A stretch of 64,000 nucleotides of DNA. Source: Terriglobia bacterium (GTDB taxonomy: Bacteria; Acidobacteriota; Terriglobia; 2-12-FULL-54-10). Positions 28,742-38,054 of this stretch are shown here, in pieces (positions within the stretch are counted from its first letter, which is position 1; every line of letters begins with the position of its first letter). The notes under the pieces are model-generated. The model did not search any database, was not told the origin of the DNA, and was given only the letters and a program-made list of their open reading frames with translations. Location: the NCBI GenBank assembly GCA_963666975.2, contig CAXVYR010000004.1, positions 1,664,001 through 1,728,000 of the forward strand, in the 5' to 3' direction. A program made the translations under genes and the position numbers.

Positions 28742-30624
28742 ACCCAATAAAGAAAAATAGCGGTTTTGTTTCTGTTCTTGCTGTGCTCCCGGTCCCCTTG
28801 GGGATTGCGCTGGCAGCATTGCTTGCCCTTGCCACAAACGGCTGGGCTCACGGAGAAATTGCGGGCAGCGGGCAGCGAAATCTGGAGCGCATCGTGGAGG
28901 GACGGGACGGGCGGTACCGGATAGAGCTGATGCATTCCCCCGCCTTGCCCACAGCGGGCGAGCCGACCAACATCGAACTGAAAGTGATGCGCCTTCTTCC
29001 GGAGCCCGACCCTCTGCTCGGTTCGGAAGTGCCCGTGGCGCTGACGCCGGAGGTTTCTGTCCTCTACGCCGGCTCCCGGAAGCTGCTCGATTCCCACTTG
29101 CCGCTGCATGCGGAAGGGGAAGCGGGAATCTTTGGGGCCGAGTATGATTTCCCGGACCACGGCTCCCTCTTGCTTCGGTTTGCGATCCACACGGAGACGG
29201 ACGACGAACTGAGCGTTGATTTCAGCATAGTAGTGGAAAGGGATTGGACCGCTTTCTTTCGGCGCTGGGTAAACTTTGCGGTTTCGATTCTGATCCTGGT
29301 GCTGACCGGGATGCAGTTATGGAAGGTGCGCGCAAAGGGAGGCCGGCTGGGGCAAATGGTGCGGCCGATCACCCTCGGGGCGCTTTCCTGGGTGGTGGTG
29401 ATTCTGGGGATGAACTTTTTTGTCCTGGACCAGGTTTTGGCCTTGCGCGAACCAATAGTTATCGAGGGGACGGCAGAAACCGTGACGGCCAATGAGGATG
29501 GCTCTTACACGATTCCCGCCGATATCCAGCAAGAGCTGGGGATCGTCCTGGTCGAGGCAAAGCAGAGGTCTCTCGATGAAACCTTCTCCGCTTTCGGGGT
29601 CATCGAAGCCAGTCCCCTCCATTCTGCGGAGGTGGTGGCCCCGCTGTGGGGAAGAATTGAATTTGCGGACGAGAGCATTGCGGTGGGCGACCGGGTCCAG
29701 CGCGGCCAGTTATTAGTGTACATGGTGCTGGAACTTTCCCAGCTCGAACGCTTTCCCATGGTGGCCAAGCACCACGATATCCAGGGCGCGCTCCAGAAGG
29801 CGACCGAGCGCAAGGAGGCCGCCGAGCTGGAATATGAACGCGCTCAAAAACTGTTTGCGGCCAATCCCCTGTTTGAGCAAGACCTCCAATGGGCCACCGA
29901 GTTGCTTGAGGAAGCCACCGACACCTACGAGCAGATTTTCACTCAAGAGAAGAACTACGTGGGCGTGATGAAGTGGCGCGACCCCCGCAAAACGCCCGTG
30001 ATTGCGCCGATCAACGGTACCGTGGCCTCGGTGGATTTCATTCCGGGACAGTTGAACCTGTTCGATGAATATCGGAAACTCTTCACCATTGTGGATACCA
30101 GCGAGGTCTGGGTGCGGGGGGAGGTGTATGTTTCCGACGCCATCAAGATGAAGATCGGGCAGCGGGCGCTGGTGTATCCTCAAAGCAACCCGAACCGGCC
30201 TTTGCGGGCGACGGTCCACTATATCGATGACAGAGTGAATCCGGTGAATCGCACGCTTTCCGTCATCCTGGATGTTCCCAACCCCGAGGAGCAACTTTTC
30301 TTGGGGAGTTTTGTTCGGATGGAATTCCAGCAGCCGCGCCGGCAGGCCGTCGCCGTGCCCGAGCAGGCCGTGGTGGACAACGGCGCGATCCAGTGGATTT
30401 ATGTGGCCATGGACGAAGAGACATTTTTGCCGCTGGAAGTTGAGATGGGAATCCGGAAGGAAGGATGGTGGCAGGTGGTTTCCGGTTTGCAGGAAGGCGA
30501 CCGCGTCATTGGAAAAGGAGTTGCCTTGCTGGGTTCGCTTCGGCAAAGCGAGCCGGAGACGCCCGCAGCCAGCCATTCTCCCGCGACCCAGACGAGCAGC
30601 TCGTTGCTTCCTGCCGAACCGTAA
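28738..30624 (+). CDS. RND periplasmic adaptor (MFP) 2 with N-terminal soluble domain and 2 TM
   Basis: VGDRVQRGQLL, APINGTV, VNPVNRT, GLQEGDRV. Confidence 0.85.
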   Translation: MNPIKKNSGFVSVLAVLPVPLGIALAALLALATNGWAHGEIAGSGQRNLERIVEGRDGRYRIELMHSPALPTAGEPTNIELKVMRLLPEPDPLLGSEVPVALTPEVSVLYAGSRKLLDSHLPLHAEGEAGIFGAEYDFPDHGSLLLRFAIHTETDDELSVDFSIVVERDWTAFFRRWVNFAVSILILVLTGMQLWKVRAKGGRLGQMVRPITLGALSWVVVILGMNFFVLDQVLALREPIVIEGTAETVTANEDGSYTIPADIQQELGIVLVEAKQRSLDETFSAFGVIEASPLHSAEVVAPLWGRIEFADESIAVGDRVQRGQLLVYMVLELSQLERFPMVAKHHDIQGALQKATERKEAAELEYERAQKLFAANPLFEQDLQWATELLEEATDTYEQIFTQEKNYVGVMKWRDPRKTPVIAPINGTVASVDFIPGQLNLFDEYRKLFTIVDTSEVWVRGEVYVSDAIKMKIGQRALVYPQSNPNRPLRATVHYIDDRVNPVNRTLSVILDVPNPEEQLFLGSFVRMEFQQPRRQAVAVPEQAVVDNGAIQWIYVAMDEETFLPLEVEMGIRKEGWWQVVSGLQEGDRVIGKGVALLGSLRQSEPETPAASHSPATQTSSSLLPAEP

Positions 30625-30647
30625 AGAGACCCTGATTTCCTCAGGCC

Positions 30648-33600
30648 ATGTTAAACCATATCATTCGTTCTTCCCTCGAACACCGGCTCATGGTGCTGAG
30701 CCTGACCATCTTCCTGCTGGGCTACGGCGGGTATGTCATCGCTTCCGGGCTGGACGTGGACATCTTTCCCGATCTGAACCGGCCCACGGTAACCGTGTTC
30801 ACCGAGGCGACGGGCCTGGCGCCGGAGGAAGTGGAGGTTCTGGTCACGCTGCCTCTGGAGTATGCGCTGAACGGAGCCACCAACGTGGAACGCATCCGCT
30901 CGCAGTCGGCGGTGGGCCTTTCGCTGCTGTTTGTCGAATTTTCCTGGGATTCGGATATTTACAGGAACCGGCAGATCGTTACAGAAAGATTGCAACTGGC
31001 GGCCGAACGCCTGCCCGCCGGGCTGACGCCCGTGCTGGGACCGATCAGTTCCATCATGGGCGAGATCATGCTGGTGGCCTTGCAGGCCGATTCGTCCGGC
31101 GTTTCTCCCCTGGACATTCGCACGGCGGCGGATTGGCTGATCCGTCCCCGGCTGCTGGCGGTTCCCGGCATTTCCCAGGTGACGGTCATCGGCGGCGGCG
31201 TGAAGCAATATCAGGTCTACGCTTCCCTCGACCGCCTGCGGGAGTACAACGTCTCCCTGCATGAACTGGAAGCCGCCGTGGCGACCACCAATGAGAACAC
31301 CTCCGGCGGATTCCTGATCGGTTCCAACCGGGAATTCCTGATCCGGAACCTGGGCCGCACCAACCGCCTGGAGGATATCGGCGAAGCGGTGGTGGCTTAC
31401 CGCGGCAACCAGCCCGTCTACGTCCGCGATGTGGCCCGGCTTCAGTTCGGCCCGGCGGTCATGCGCGGGAGCGCGGGATTTAATGCGGAGGCGGCCCCCA
31501 CGGTGATCATGAGCATTTACAAGCAGCCGGGGGCCAACACGATTCCTCTCACACGGGCCGTCGAGAGCGCGCTCGAAGACATGCAGGGTTCCCTGCCCGC
31601 CGGCGTCACCATGGATACGCACGTCTTCCGGCAGGCGAGCTTCATTGAGCTGGCCATCGCCAATGTGGAGGACGGCCTCGTCGAGGGATCGATTCTGGTG
31701 ACGATTGTTTTGTTCCTGTTCCTGCTGAATTTTCGCACCACGTTTATCACGCTCACGGCCATTCCGACCTCCTTCCTGGTCACGCTGCTGTTTATGCGCG
31801 CCTTCGACCTCAGCGTTAACACCATGACCTTGGGGGGAGTTGCCATCGCCATCGGGTTGCTGATCGATGACGCCATTGTCGATGTGGAGAACGTCTTCCG
31901 GCGCTTGAAGGAAAACCACGAGCGGGAGAACCCGGAGCCTATTCTTCAGGTGGTGTTCAAGGCCTCGGTCGAGATCCGGAGTTCGATTGTTTACGCCACG
32001 GTCATTATCATCCTGGTCTTCTTGCCGCTATTTTTCCTCTCCGGAGTGGAGGGGCGGATGTTTGCCCCGCTGGGGGTGGCCTTCATCGTCTGTCTGCTGG
32101 CCTCGCTGCTGGTGGCGCTGACGCTGACTCCCGTGTTGTGCTCCTATTTGCTGCCAAAGGCCCGTTTCATGGAGCGCGAAGAAGACGCCTTTTTGGTGCG
32201 CTGGCTCAAAAAACAGCAGACGCGCTTGCTGCGCGTCACGCTGCCTCACGCCTGGGAAGTCCTGATTGCCGCTGTTTTCCTGGTCTTGCTCTCGATCGCT
32301 TTTATCCCGCTCATGGGGCGCGAGTTTCTGCCGGACTTCAACGAAGGCACCCTGACGGTCAACGTCTTGTCGGAGCCGGGAATCAGCCTGGCGGAATCCG
32401 ACGAAATGGGAAGACTGGCGGAGAGGCTGATGGGATCCGTGCCCGAGGTCATCTCCACCGGCCGCCGCACCGGGCGGGCCGAGCTCGACGAGCACGCCGA
32501 GGGGGTGCACTCCACGGAAATCGAGGTGGACCTGCGCCGCTCGGGCCGCAGCAAGGAAGAGATCCTCGCCGATATTCGCAACCGGCTCTCGATTCTGCCG
32601 GGAGCGGCCATCAACATTGGCCAGCCGATCTCCCACCGCCTGGACCACATGCAGAGCGGCGTGCGCGCCCAGATCGCCGTGAAAGTGTTCGGTCCCGACC
32701 TGCCGCTGCTGCGGGAAAAAGCCGGCGAGATCGAATCCGTAATGAAGACGGTCCCGGGCATGGTGGACGTCTTGGTGGAAAAGCAATCCCTGGTCCCCGA
32801 ATTGTTGCTGGAGGTGGACCGGCAGCGCGCCGCACAGTACGGCCTGCAAGTGGCCGAGGTCAACTCGGTGCTGGAGCTCGCCTTGCAAGGGCGCGTAGTC
32901 TCACAGGTTCTCGAAGAGCAGAGGACCTTCGACGTGGTGGTGCGGCTCGATGAGCCCTACCGCAACGACATGCAATCCATTGGGAACATCCTGATCGATA
33001 CTCCCGTCGGCGGGAAGGTCCTGATTCGGGACGTCGCCGACATTTCCCTGAGCAGCGGCCCCAACCAAGTCTGGCGCGAGAATGCGCAGCGACGGATCGC
33101 CGTGCAGGCGAATCTGGCCGGACGCGATCTGCAAGGGGCGGTGACCGAATTGTCCGAGCGGGTGGAGCAGCAGGTGGAATTGCCTCCCGGCTTCTTTGTC
33201 GTCTACGGAGGACAGTTTGAGTTTCAACGCAACGCAACCCGGTTGATTTTGGTGTTATCCGTCTTTGCTGTCCTGGCCATTTTTGTGCTGCTTTATGGAC
33301 ACTTCCGGTTTGCGCGGGTGGCCTTGCTGGTCATGTCCAACCTGCCCCTTGCCCTGGTGGGAGGGGTGATCGTCATCTTCCTCACCGGAGGGGTGCTTTC
33401 GGTGGCTTCCATGATCGGCTTTATCACCGTGATGGGCATTGCCGCCCGCAACAGCATCATGATGATCTCCCATTACATCCACCTGGTCCGCTACGAGGGA
33501 GAGCAGTTTGATGAGAAGATGATCATCCGCGGCACGCTGGAACGGCTGCGCCCCGTTTTGATGACCGCGCTCACCTCCATCCTGGGGTTGCTGCCTCTGG

Positions 33601-33818
33601 TATTGGCGGCGGGAGAGGCTGGGAAGGAGCTTTTGCAACCGATCGCCATGGTTGTGACCGGCGGGTTGATTAGTTCCACTTTCCTCGACCGCGTGGTGAC
33701 TCCGGCCCTGTTTCACAAGTTTGGCCGGCCGGTCTGCGAGTACTATTTGAACTCCAAGGAACATGGCGGGGAGTTCCTGGCAGGACAATCCACTCCAACG
33801 CTGAGCCAAAGTTCTTAG
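30648..33818 (+). CDS. CusA/CzcA-family heavy-metal RND permease
   Basis: DIFPDLNRPTV, GLAPEEVE, GLLIDDAIVDVEN, AELDEHAEGVH, ERLRPVLMTAL. Confidence 0.95.
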   Translation: MLNHIIRSSLEHRLMVLSLTIFLLGYGGYVIASGLDVDIFPDLNRPTVTVFTEATGLAPEEVEVLVTLPLEYALNGATNVERIRSQSAVGLSLLFVEFSWDSDIYRNRQIVTERLQLAAERLPAGLTPVLGPISSIMGEIMLVALQADSSGVSPLDIRTAADWLIRPRLLAVPGISQVTVIGGGVKQYQVYASLDRLREYNVSLHELEAAVATTNENTSGGFLIGSNREFLIRNLGRTNRLEDIGEAVVAYRGNQPVYVRDVARLQFGPAVMRGSAGFNAEAAPTVIMSIYKQPGANTIPLTRAVESALEDMQGSLPAGVTMDTHVFRQASFIELAIANVEDGLVEGSILVTIVLFLFLLNFRTTFITLTAIPTSFLVTLLFMRAFDLSVNTMTLGGVAIAIGLLIDDAIVDVENVFRRLKENHERENPEPILQVVFKASVEIRSSIVYATVIIILVFLPLFFLSGVEGRMFAPLGVAFIVCLLASLLVALTLTPVLCSYLLPKARFMEREEDAFLVRWLKKQQTRLLRVTLPHAWEVLIAAVFLVLLSIAFIPLMGREFLPDFNEGTLTVNVLSEPGISLAESDEMGRLAERLMGSVPEVISTGRRTGRAELDEHAEGVHSTEIEVDLRRSGRSKEEILADIRNRLSILPGAAINIGQPISHRLDHMQSGVRAQIAVKVFGPDLPLLREKAGEIESVMKTVPGMVDVLVEKQSLVPELLLEVDRQRAAQYGLQVAEVNSVLELALQGRVVSQVLEEQRTFDVVVRLDEPYRNDMQSIGNILIDTPVGGKVLIRDVADISLSSGPNQVWRENAQRRIAVQANLAGRDLQGAVTELSERVEQQVELPPGFFVVYGGQFEFQRNATRLILVLSVFAVLAIFVLLYGHFRFARVALLVMSNLPLALVGGVIVIFLTGGVLSVASMIGFITVMGIAARNSIMMISHYIHLVRYEGEQFDEKMIIRGTLERLRPVLMTALTSILGLLPLVLAAGEAGKELLQPIAMVVTGGLISSTFLDRVVTPALFHKFGRPVCEYYLNSKEHGGEFLAGQSTPTLSQSS

Positions 33819-33861
33819 AGCAAATTCATAGTTGCTGTATAGCTTCCCAGAACGCTCGTGA

Positions 33862-34053
33862 AGCCCCAGAGGGGCGCAAGAGTTTAGCCCACGGCGCCAG
33901 CCGTGGGTGGGAAAGGCCACGCCGGATCAGCCCCGGAAGCGGCGAAAGACGAGGGCCGGAACGTCTTTCGCCCCTCTGTGGCTTGAGGTAATATCAGTCC
34001 CCGTTGTCCCAGGGCTTACGCCCTGGGCTAGATTCTGCCGCCCTTGCAGGGCT
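33862..34053. repeat. REP-like nested palindromic element (family B)
   Basis: AGCCC..GGGGCG..TAGCCCACGGCGCCAGCCGTGGG paired with CCCAGGGCTTACGCCCTGGGCTA..CGCCC..GGGCT. Confidence 0.7.
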
Positions 34054-34199
34054 GCGAAGCACTCTACACCAACTCTGAAATTGGTCTAGGCTCCAGAACG
34101 CCTTCTCTCCATTTCGGTTGCGCCTTCCGAGCGGAGGCACAGCTATCCCGCAATCAGAGGAAAGCAGCAGGGCAGGATTTCAGGGATTTCCCGGATGGA

Positions 34200-34475
34200 T
34201 CACTGCTTGGCGGCGGCGAGCGCGTTCATCCGCACCGTCAGGCGGGATTTCAGCCGCCCGGCAGTGTTTTTGTGGAGAATGCCCTTCTGGACGGCTTTGT
34301 CGATTCGGGAGAGGGTCTGGGGAATTTGTTGCTGGGCCTTCCCCGTGTCTTTTGCGGCCAGCGTCTGCCGGAGACCGCGCAGGCTGGAACGGAGAACTCC
34401 CTTACTCCGGCGGTTGACGGCGGTGCGCTTTTGGGTTTGGCTCACACGTTTGAGCGCTGAGTAATGATTTGCCAT
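34200..34475 (-). CDS. rpsT: 30S ribosomal protein S20
   Basis: MANHYSALKR..IDKAVQKGILHKNTAGRLKSRL. Confidence 0.97.
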   Translation of the reverse strand: MANHYSALKRVSQTQKRTAVNRRSKGVLRSSLRGLRQTLAAKDTGKAQQQIPQTLSRIDKAVQKGILHKNTAGRLKSRLTVRMNALAAAKQ

Positions 34476-34513
34476 GTTTCTTTCGCCTTTGGATGGTATC
34501 GACTGGAACCTAT

Positions 34514-34542
34514 ATTGTAAAGGACCCGCCCCGTCCGGTCAA
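34514..34542 (-). promoter_or_regulatory. sigma70 promoter of rpsT
   Basis: TTGACC-17 nt-TACAAT. Confidence 0.7.
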
Positions 34543-34598
34543 CTCTGGAGGTTCTAGGAGCCGTGTCCTAGTTGTGTGTTGCTCTGCTGGTGGGAGTT

Positions 34599-34991
34599 CT
34601 ACTGGATGCTCAGCGGTATTACGATAGTGCTGATTCTCGGAAGTAAAACCCTCACTTCAGTGAGTTGTTCACCTTTTTGCGGAAGACCAAAAACATAAGA
34701 ATGGGCCCTGTTTGTCGGTTCCGGCGTGTGTTCAACTCTTAAATCGTCGATCTTCCGAATCTCAACAACAGGCATGCTTATGACCGCATTATGATCCGGG
34801 TTTTTTCTAGCCTGTTGTTTGGTCTCTTCTGCGGAGGCATACCTGTCCCAGTTGACCGACATCCCCTTACCATGGGGCTTAAATACTCCAGGCTGGAGTT
34901 CTCCGTCCCGAAAATAATCCTGATGTGCACGCATGAAGACCGAATCAGCATCGGGTATTTCCTCGATCGGCCACCCTAGTTCATCAGCCAC
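34599..34991 (-). CDS. putative ART/RES-fold toxin-like protein
   Basis: beta-strand Arg (VFMRAH), GMSV Ser motif, HTPEPTNRAH; overlaps the upstream gene. Confidence 0.55.
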   Translation of the reverse strand: MADELGWPIEEIPDADSVFMRAHQDYFRDGELQPGVFKPHGKGMSVNWDRYASAEETKQQARKNPDHNAVISMPVVEIRKIDDLRVEHTPEPTNRAHSYVFGLPQKGEQLTEVRVLLPRISTIVIPLSIQ

Positions 34992-35494
34992 GTTGCGATT
35001 CCCAAATTGAAGTTTTTTGGGTCCAGGCTACCCCTAAACTTTTGGGCCGCGTAATTATCTCCGTAGAACGTCGCCATTTCATTGGCATCTGCCGGTATAT
35101 TCACCAGCAACTCCCAAGACGGCTGTTTCCAGTGAAGGTCAATGCTTCCGTCAGGTCCAGGGCCAATCCTTGGGATAGGCAAAGGAATACTGTATGTATC
35201 CCAAAGCCGCTCTACATGTGTGGTCAGGAACGTGATAGCACGGTTAAACGTGTCCTCTGAATAGCCCAAGCTACCCTCGCCGTCCCAATCATCTTCTAAT
35301 TCAAGAATCCGCTTTGCCTGCTCAATTTCCGCTTTCAACCCTTTATAGATATCTAATCCTCCAACAATGCGGAAATTGCTGGGACCTTCGGTGCGATGCT
35401 CTCTCCAACTGGCAGGTCGGTTTTTCGTCTCAGGCCATGCTTTTAATTCGACAGGCTCTATTTCCCATTTGTGAGCCGTCTGTGCTGGTGGCAT
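34976..35494 (-). CDS. hypothetical protein with LEDDWDGEG motif (candidate antitoxin)
   Basis: LEDDWDGEGS..PRIGPGPDGSIDLHW. Confidence 0.6.
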   Translation of the reverse strand: MPPAQTAHKWEIEPVELKAWPETKNRPASWREHRTEGPSNFRIVGGLDIYKGLKAEIEQAKRILELEDDWDGEGSLGYSEDTFNRAITFLTTHVERLWDTYSIPLPIPRIGPGPDGSIDLHWKQPSWELLVNIPADANEMATFYGDNYAAQKFRGSLDPKNFNLGIATWLMN

Positions 35495-35508
35495 AATTCT
35501 CTTTGCTC

Positions 35509-36216
35509 CTAAAAGATTTCCCTGGGAGGCAAGACGCTAACGCCGGGAGGCAAGACGGTAACGCCTGAATCCTTCATGAGGCCCTTCAACGTCTCTTCTT
35601 TCTTCAATGCGCGATCAACGAGTGCCTTCATGGACCTAATATCATTGCTATCGAGCGCAAAATATTGATCTGCTTGATTCCCGAAGTGGTCGCGCTGAGT
35701 TATTCGCAACATATGAATAATCACTGCTGAATCGGGTTTCTCGGAAACATTCAGATGAAAAATCGGACGAACATCAGTCAAGATTCGTGCGCCGACAAAA
35801 ACTCGCTCATGCTGCGTCATAACGTAGCCAGCCTTAGCAGCCGTCCCGACTGTACTCTCAAGCGACAAAGCAGCTATGAGGAACTTCCGGAGTTTTGCCC
35901 ATTGAGCATCGCCTTCCTTTTCCGAAAAGGCCTCCGCTTTTTTCAGCGCGACAGAGACTTCCTGGTCCACGAATTTTTCTATCGGAGTGCTTTGCGCGTC
36001 CCTTGTGAGATAAAGACTGGCCAATACCAGAACGATCCCCTCAGTTAGATCATTTGGTAGTCCCAGGCGATCTGATACTTCTTCAGAAAGGTCAAAGAAG
36101 TTGAACTGCGGCCCAGCTTTCGCAAGGGCGTCAAGGAATCCGTCAATCTTATCCTCTGGCAGTTCCAGGAACTTCTTGATGTGGTCAATCTGCTTCTCTG
36201 GAACTCTGAGGGCCAT
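35509..36216 (-). CDS. putative prokaryotic COMMD-like protein
   Basis: Helical N-domain, then beta (FVGARILTDVRPIF), beta (IIHMLRITQR), beta (QYFALD), long helix; fold inferred by eye. Confidence 0.6.
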   Translation of the reverse strand: MALRVPEKQIDHIKKFLELPEDKIDGFLDALAKAGPQFNFFDLSEEVSDRLGLPNDLTEGIVLVLASLYLTRDAQSTPIEKFVDQEVSVALKKAEAFSEKEGDAQWAKLRKFLIAALSLESTVGTAAKAGYVMTQHERVFVGARILTDVRPIFHLNVSEKPDSAVIIHMLRITQRDHFGNQADQYFALDSNDIRSMKALVDRALKKEETLKGLMKDSGVTVLPPGVSVLPPREIF

Positions 36217-36254
36217 TACAAGACAATCCTAGCGGCTAGGCGGACATTGCGAAA

Positions 36255-37061
36255 TTAACGAGCCGTTTCCGGTTCAATTCTGAGAGTGGACAGTTTGTCC
36301 TCTGCCAGGCGGGCTTCGGGAGTATTGGGAAACCGCTGGAGCAGGCTGCTCAATTCCCGTGCGCCCTGCGTGCGGAGATTCAGGTTAATCAGCGCGTACC
36401 CTTTTTTGAGTTGAGCGGCAGCCGATTTGTTGCCGTTGGGATACTGCTCAATGGCTTTGTCGTATTCCTGAATGGCTTTCTCGAATTGCCCCTGTTGATA
36501 GTAAATGTCCCCAGCGTAGAACTGGGAGTTCGAGGCCAGAGGCGTGTCGGCATAGTAGCGCAGGTAGTCGGTGAACTCCTGCAGGGCCAGGGGATAATTT
36601 CCGCTGGTGTAGTCGCGCAGCGCGGTGTTGTAGAGCACGTCGGGCGGCGGGGGAGCCGCCTCTCCGGAGCCGAAAAAGATCGTTTGAGACGCTGACTCCA
36701 TCTTGGTGATTTGCTGCGAGACCCGGTCCAGCCGGGCGCGCAGTTCGTCGAGCGAGACCTGGAGTCCCTGCATCTGTCCGGTCAAGTTATCCACCTTCTG
36801 GCCGGTGTTTCCCACCGAGTCCCGCAGGGAGTTCTGCAATTCGTTCAGGCTCGAATCCAACTGGCCCATTTGATCCGACGACTGTTCCACCAGCGTGCGT
36901 ATCACCGCCATTTTTTCATCGAGGTTGCGCTGCATCTCCCGTACCATTCCTTGCAGGAGCGCGACGCTCTGTTGCAGTTGGATCACTTCCTTGTCCACCG
37001 CGAAACCAGGCAGAGCAAATCCGGCTATCCAGAAGGCCAGCAATAAAACACTTCGTTTCAT
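36255..37061 (-). CDS. cpoB: Tol-Pal associated CpoB/YbgF
   Basis: Signal peptide, coiled coil, C-terminal TPRs; follows pal. Confidence 0.9.
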   Translation of the reverse strand: MKRSVLLLAFWIAGFALPGFAVDKEVIQLQQSVALLQGMVREMQRNLDEKMAVIRTLVEQSSDQMGQLDSSLNELQNSLRDSVGNTGQKVDNLTGQMQGLQVSLDELRARLDRVSQQITKMESASQTIFFGSGEAAPPPPDVLYNTALRDYTSGNYPLALQEFTDYLRYYADTPLASNSQFYAGDIYYQQGQFEKAIQEYDKAIEQYPNGNKSAAAQLKKGYALINLNLRTQGARELSSLLQRFPNTPEARLAEDKLSTLRIEPETAR

Positions 37062-37246
37062 AAAACTTCCCATTTGGAACGGACTATAACCGCTGCCGCG
37101 GAGGGGGCGGTTCGAACCGCCCCTCCGAAACAGCGGTTGCAGTTCCCGCTTGCGATCCCTGCCGGTTCGGAGGACATCGAGACTTTCAGGACCTCAGTTC
37201 CGGCAGGGCCGTGGTTAGTGGCCGGTCAGGCATAGCTGCGGCGCTT

Positions 37247-38008
37247 CTAGCGGTCGCAGTTGGTGCACACCAGATGGGCCCGGCGGTTCTGCTGCCAGCA
37301 AGTTTCGTTATGCTCGCTGCAGAAAGGCCGTTCCTTGCCGTAACTGATGCTCGTGATACGGCCTGCTGACACACCCAGTTGCACCAGGAAGTCCCGGGCC
37401 GAATTCGCCCGGCGGTCTCCCAAGCCCAGGTTGTAGGCGACGCTGCCGCGCTCGTCGCAGTGCCCCTCGATACTGAAGGTGACACTGGGGTTGTCGCGGA
37501 AGAAGCGCGCACCCCGGGTGAGAGCCTCCCTGGAGTCGGAACGGATATCCGAATTGTCATAATCGAAATACGCGTCCTGGACCGCCTGGTCGAACTTCTG
37601 CCGCATGCTGATCTCCGGAGGAGGAGGAGGAGGCGGCGGCGGCGGCGGCGGCGGCGCGGTCACCGTGATTCGTGCCGTGCTGCTCGTGCTTCCCCCCGGC
37701 CCTCTGGCCGTAATGGTATAGGTTGTAGAACTGGTTGGCGAAACCGAACGCGAACCGTCCGCTTGCACTTCGCCGATACCAGGCTGCAGGTTGAGTTCCG
37801 TCGTATTTTGGGAACTCCACCGCAAGGTCGCGCTCTCTCCTCGCTCAATACTGCTCGGCTGGACCGTCAAGCTTACCGACGGAGCCGGCGGCGGCGGCGG
37901 CGGGGGCGGCGGTGGGGGTGGTGGCACTTGCCTTCTGCAGGCGCTTGCAAAAATCAGCAGTAGGATTACAAGTCCCAGCCCGAATTTCCGGAATTCCTGC
38001 TTCTTCAT
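37247..38008 (-). CDS. pal: peptidoglycan-associated lipoprotein with Ig-like insert and poly-Pro linkers
   Basis: ASAC lipobox; YFDYD, EGHCDERG, LGDRRA, SYGKERP. Confidence 0.93.
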   Translation of the reverse strand: MKKQEFRKFGLGLVILLLIFASACRRQVPPPPPPPPPPPPPAPSVSLTVQPSSIERGESATLRWSSQNTTELNLQPGIGEVQADGSRSVSPTSSTTYTITARGPGGSTSSTARITVTAPPPPPPPPPPPPPEISMRQKFDQAVQDAYFDYDNSDIRSDSREALTRGARFFRDNPSVTFSIEGHCDERGSVAYNLGLGDRRANSARDFLVQLGVSAGRITSISYGKERPFCSEHNETCWQQNRRAHLVCTNCDR

Positions 38009-38054
38009 CTTACCCTCCTTTGTCTCGTGAACTGTCCCGAATCGAGTTGGAAAA

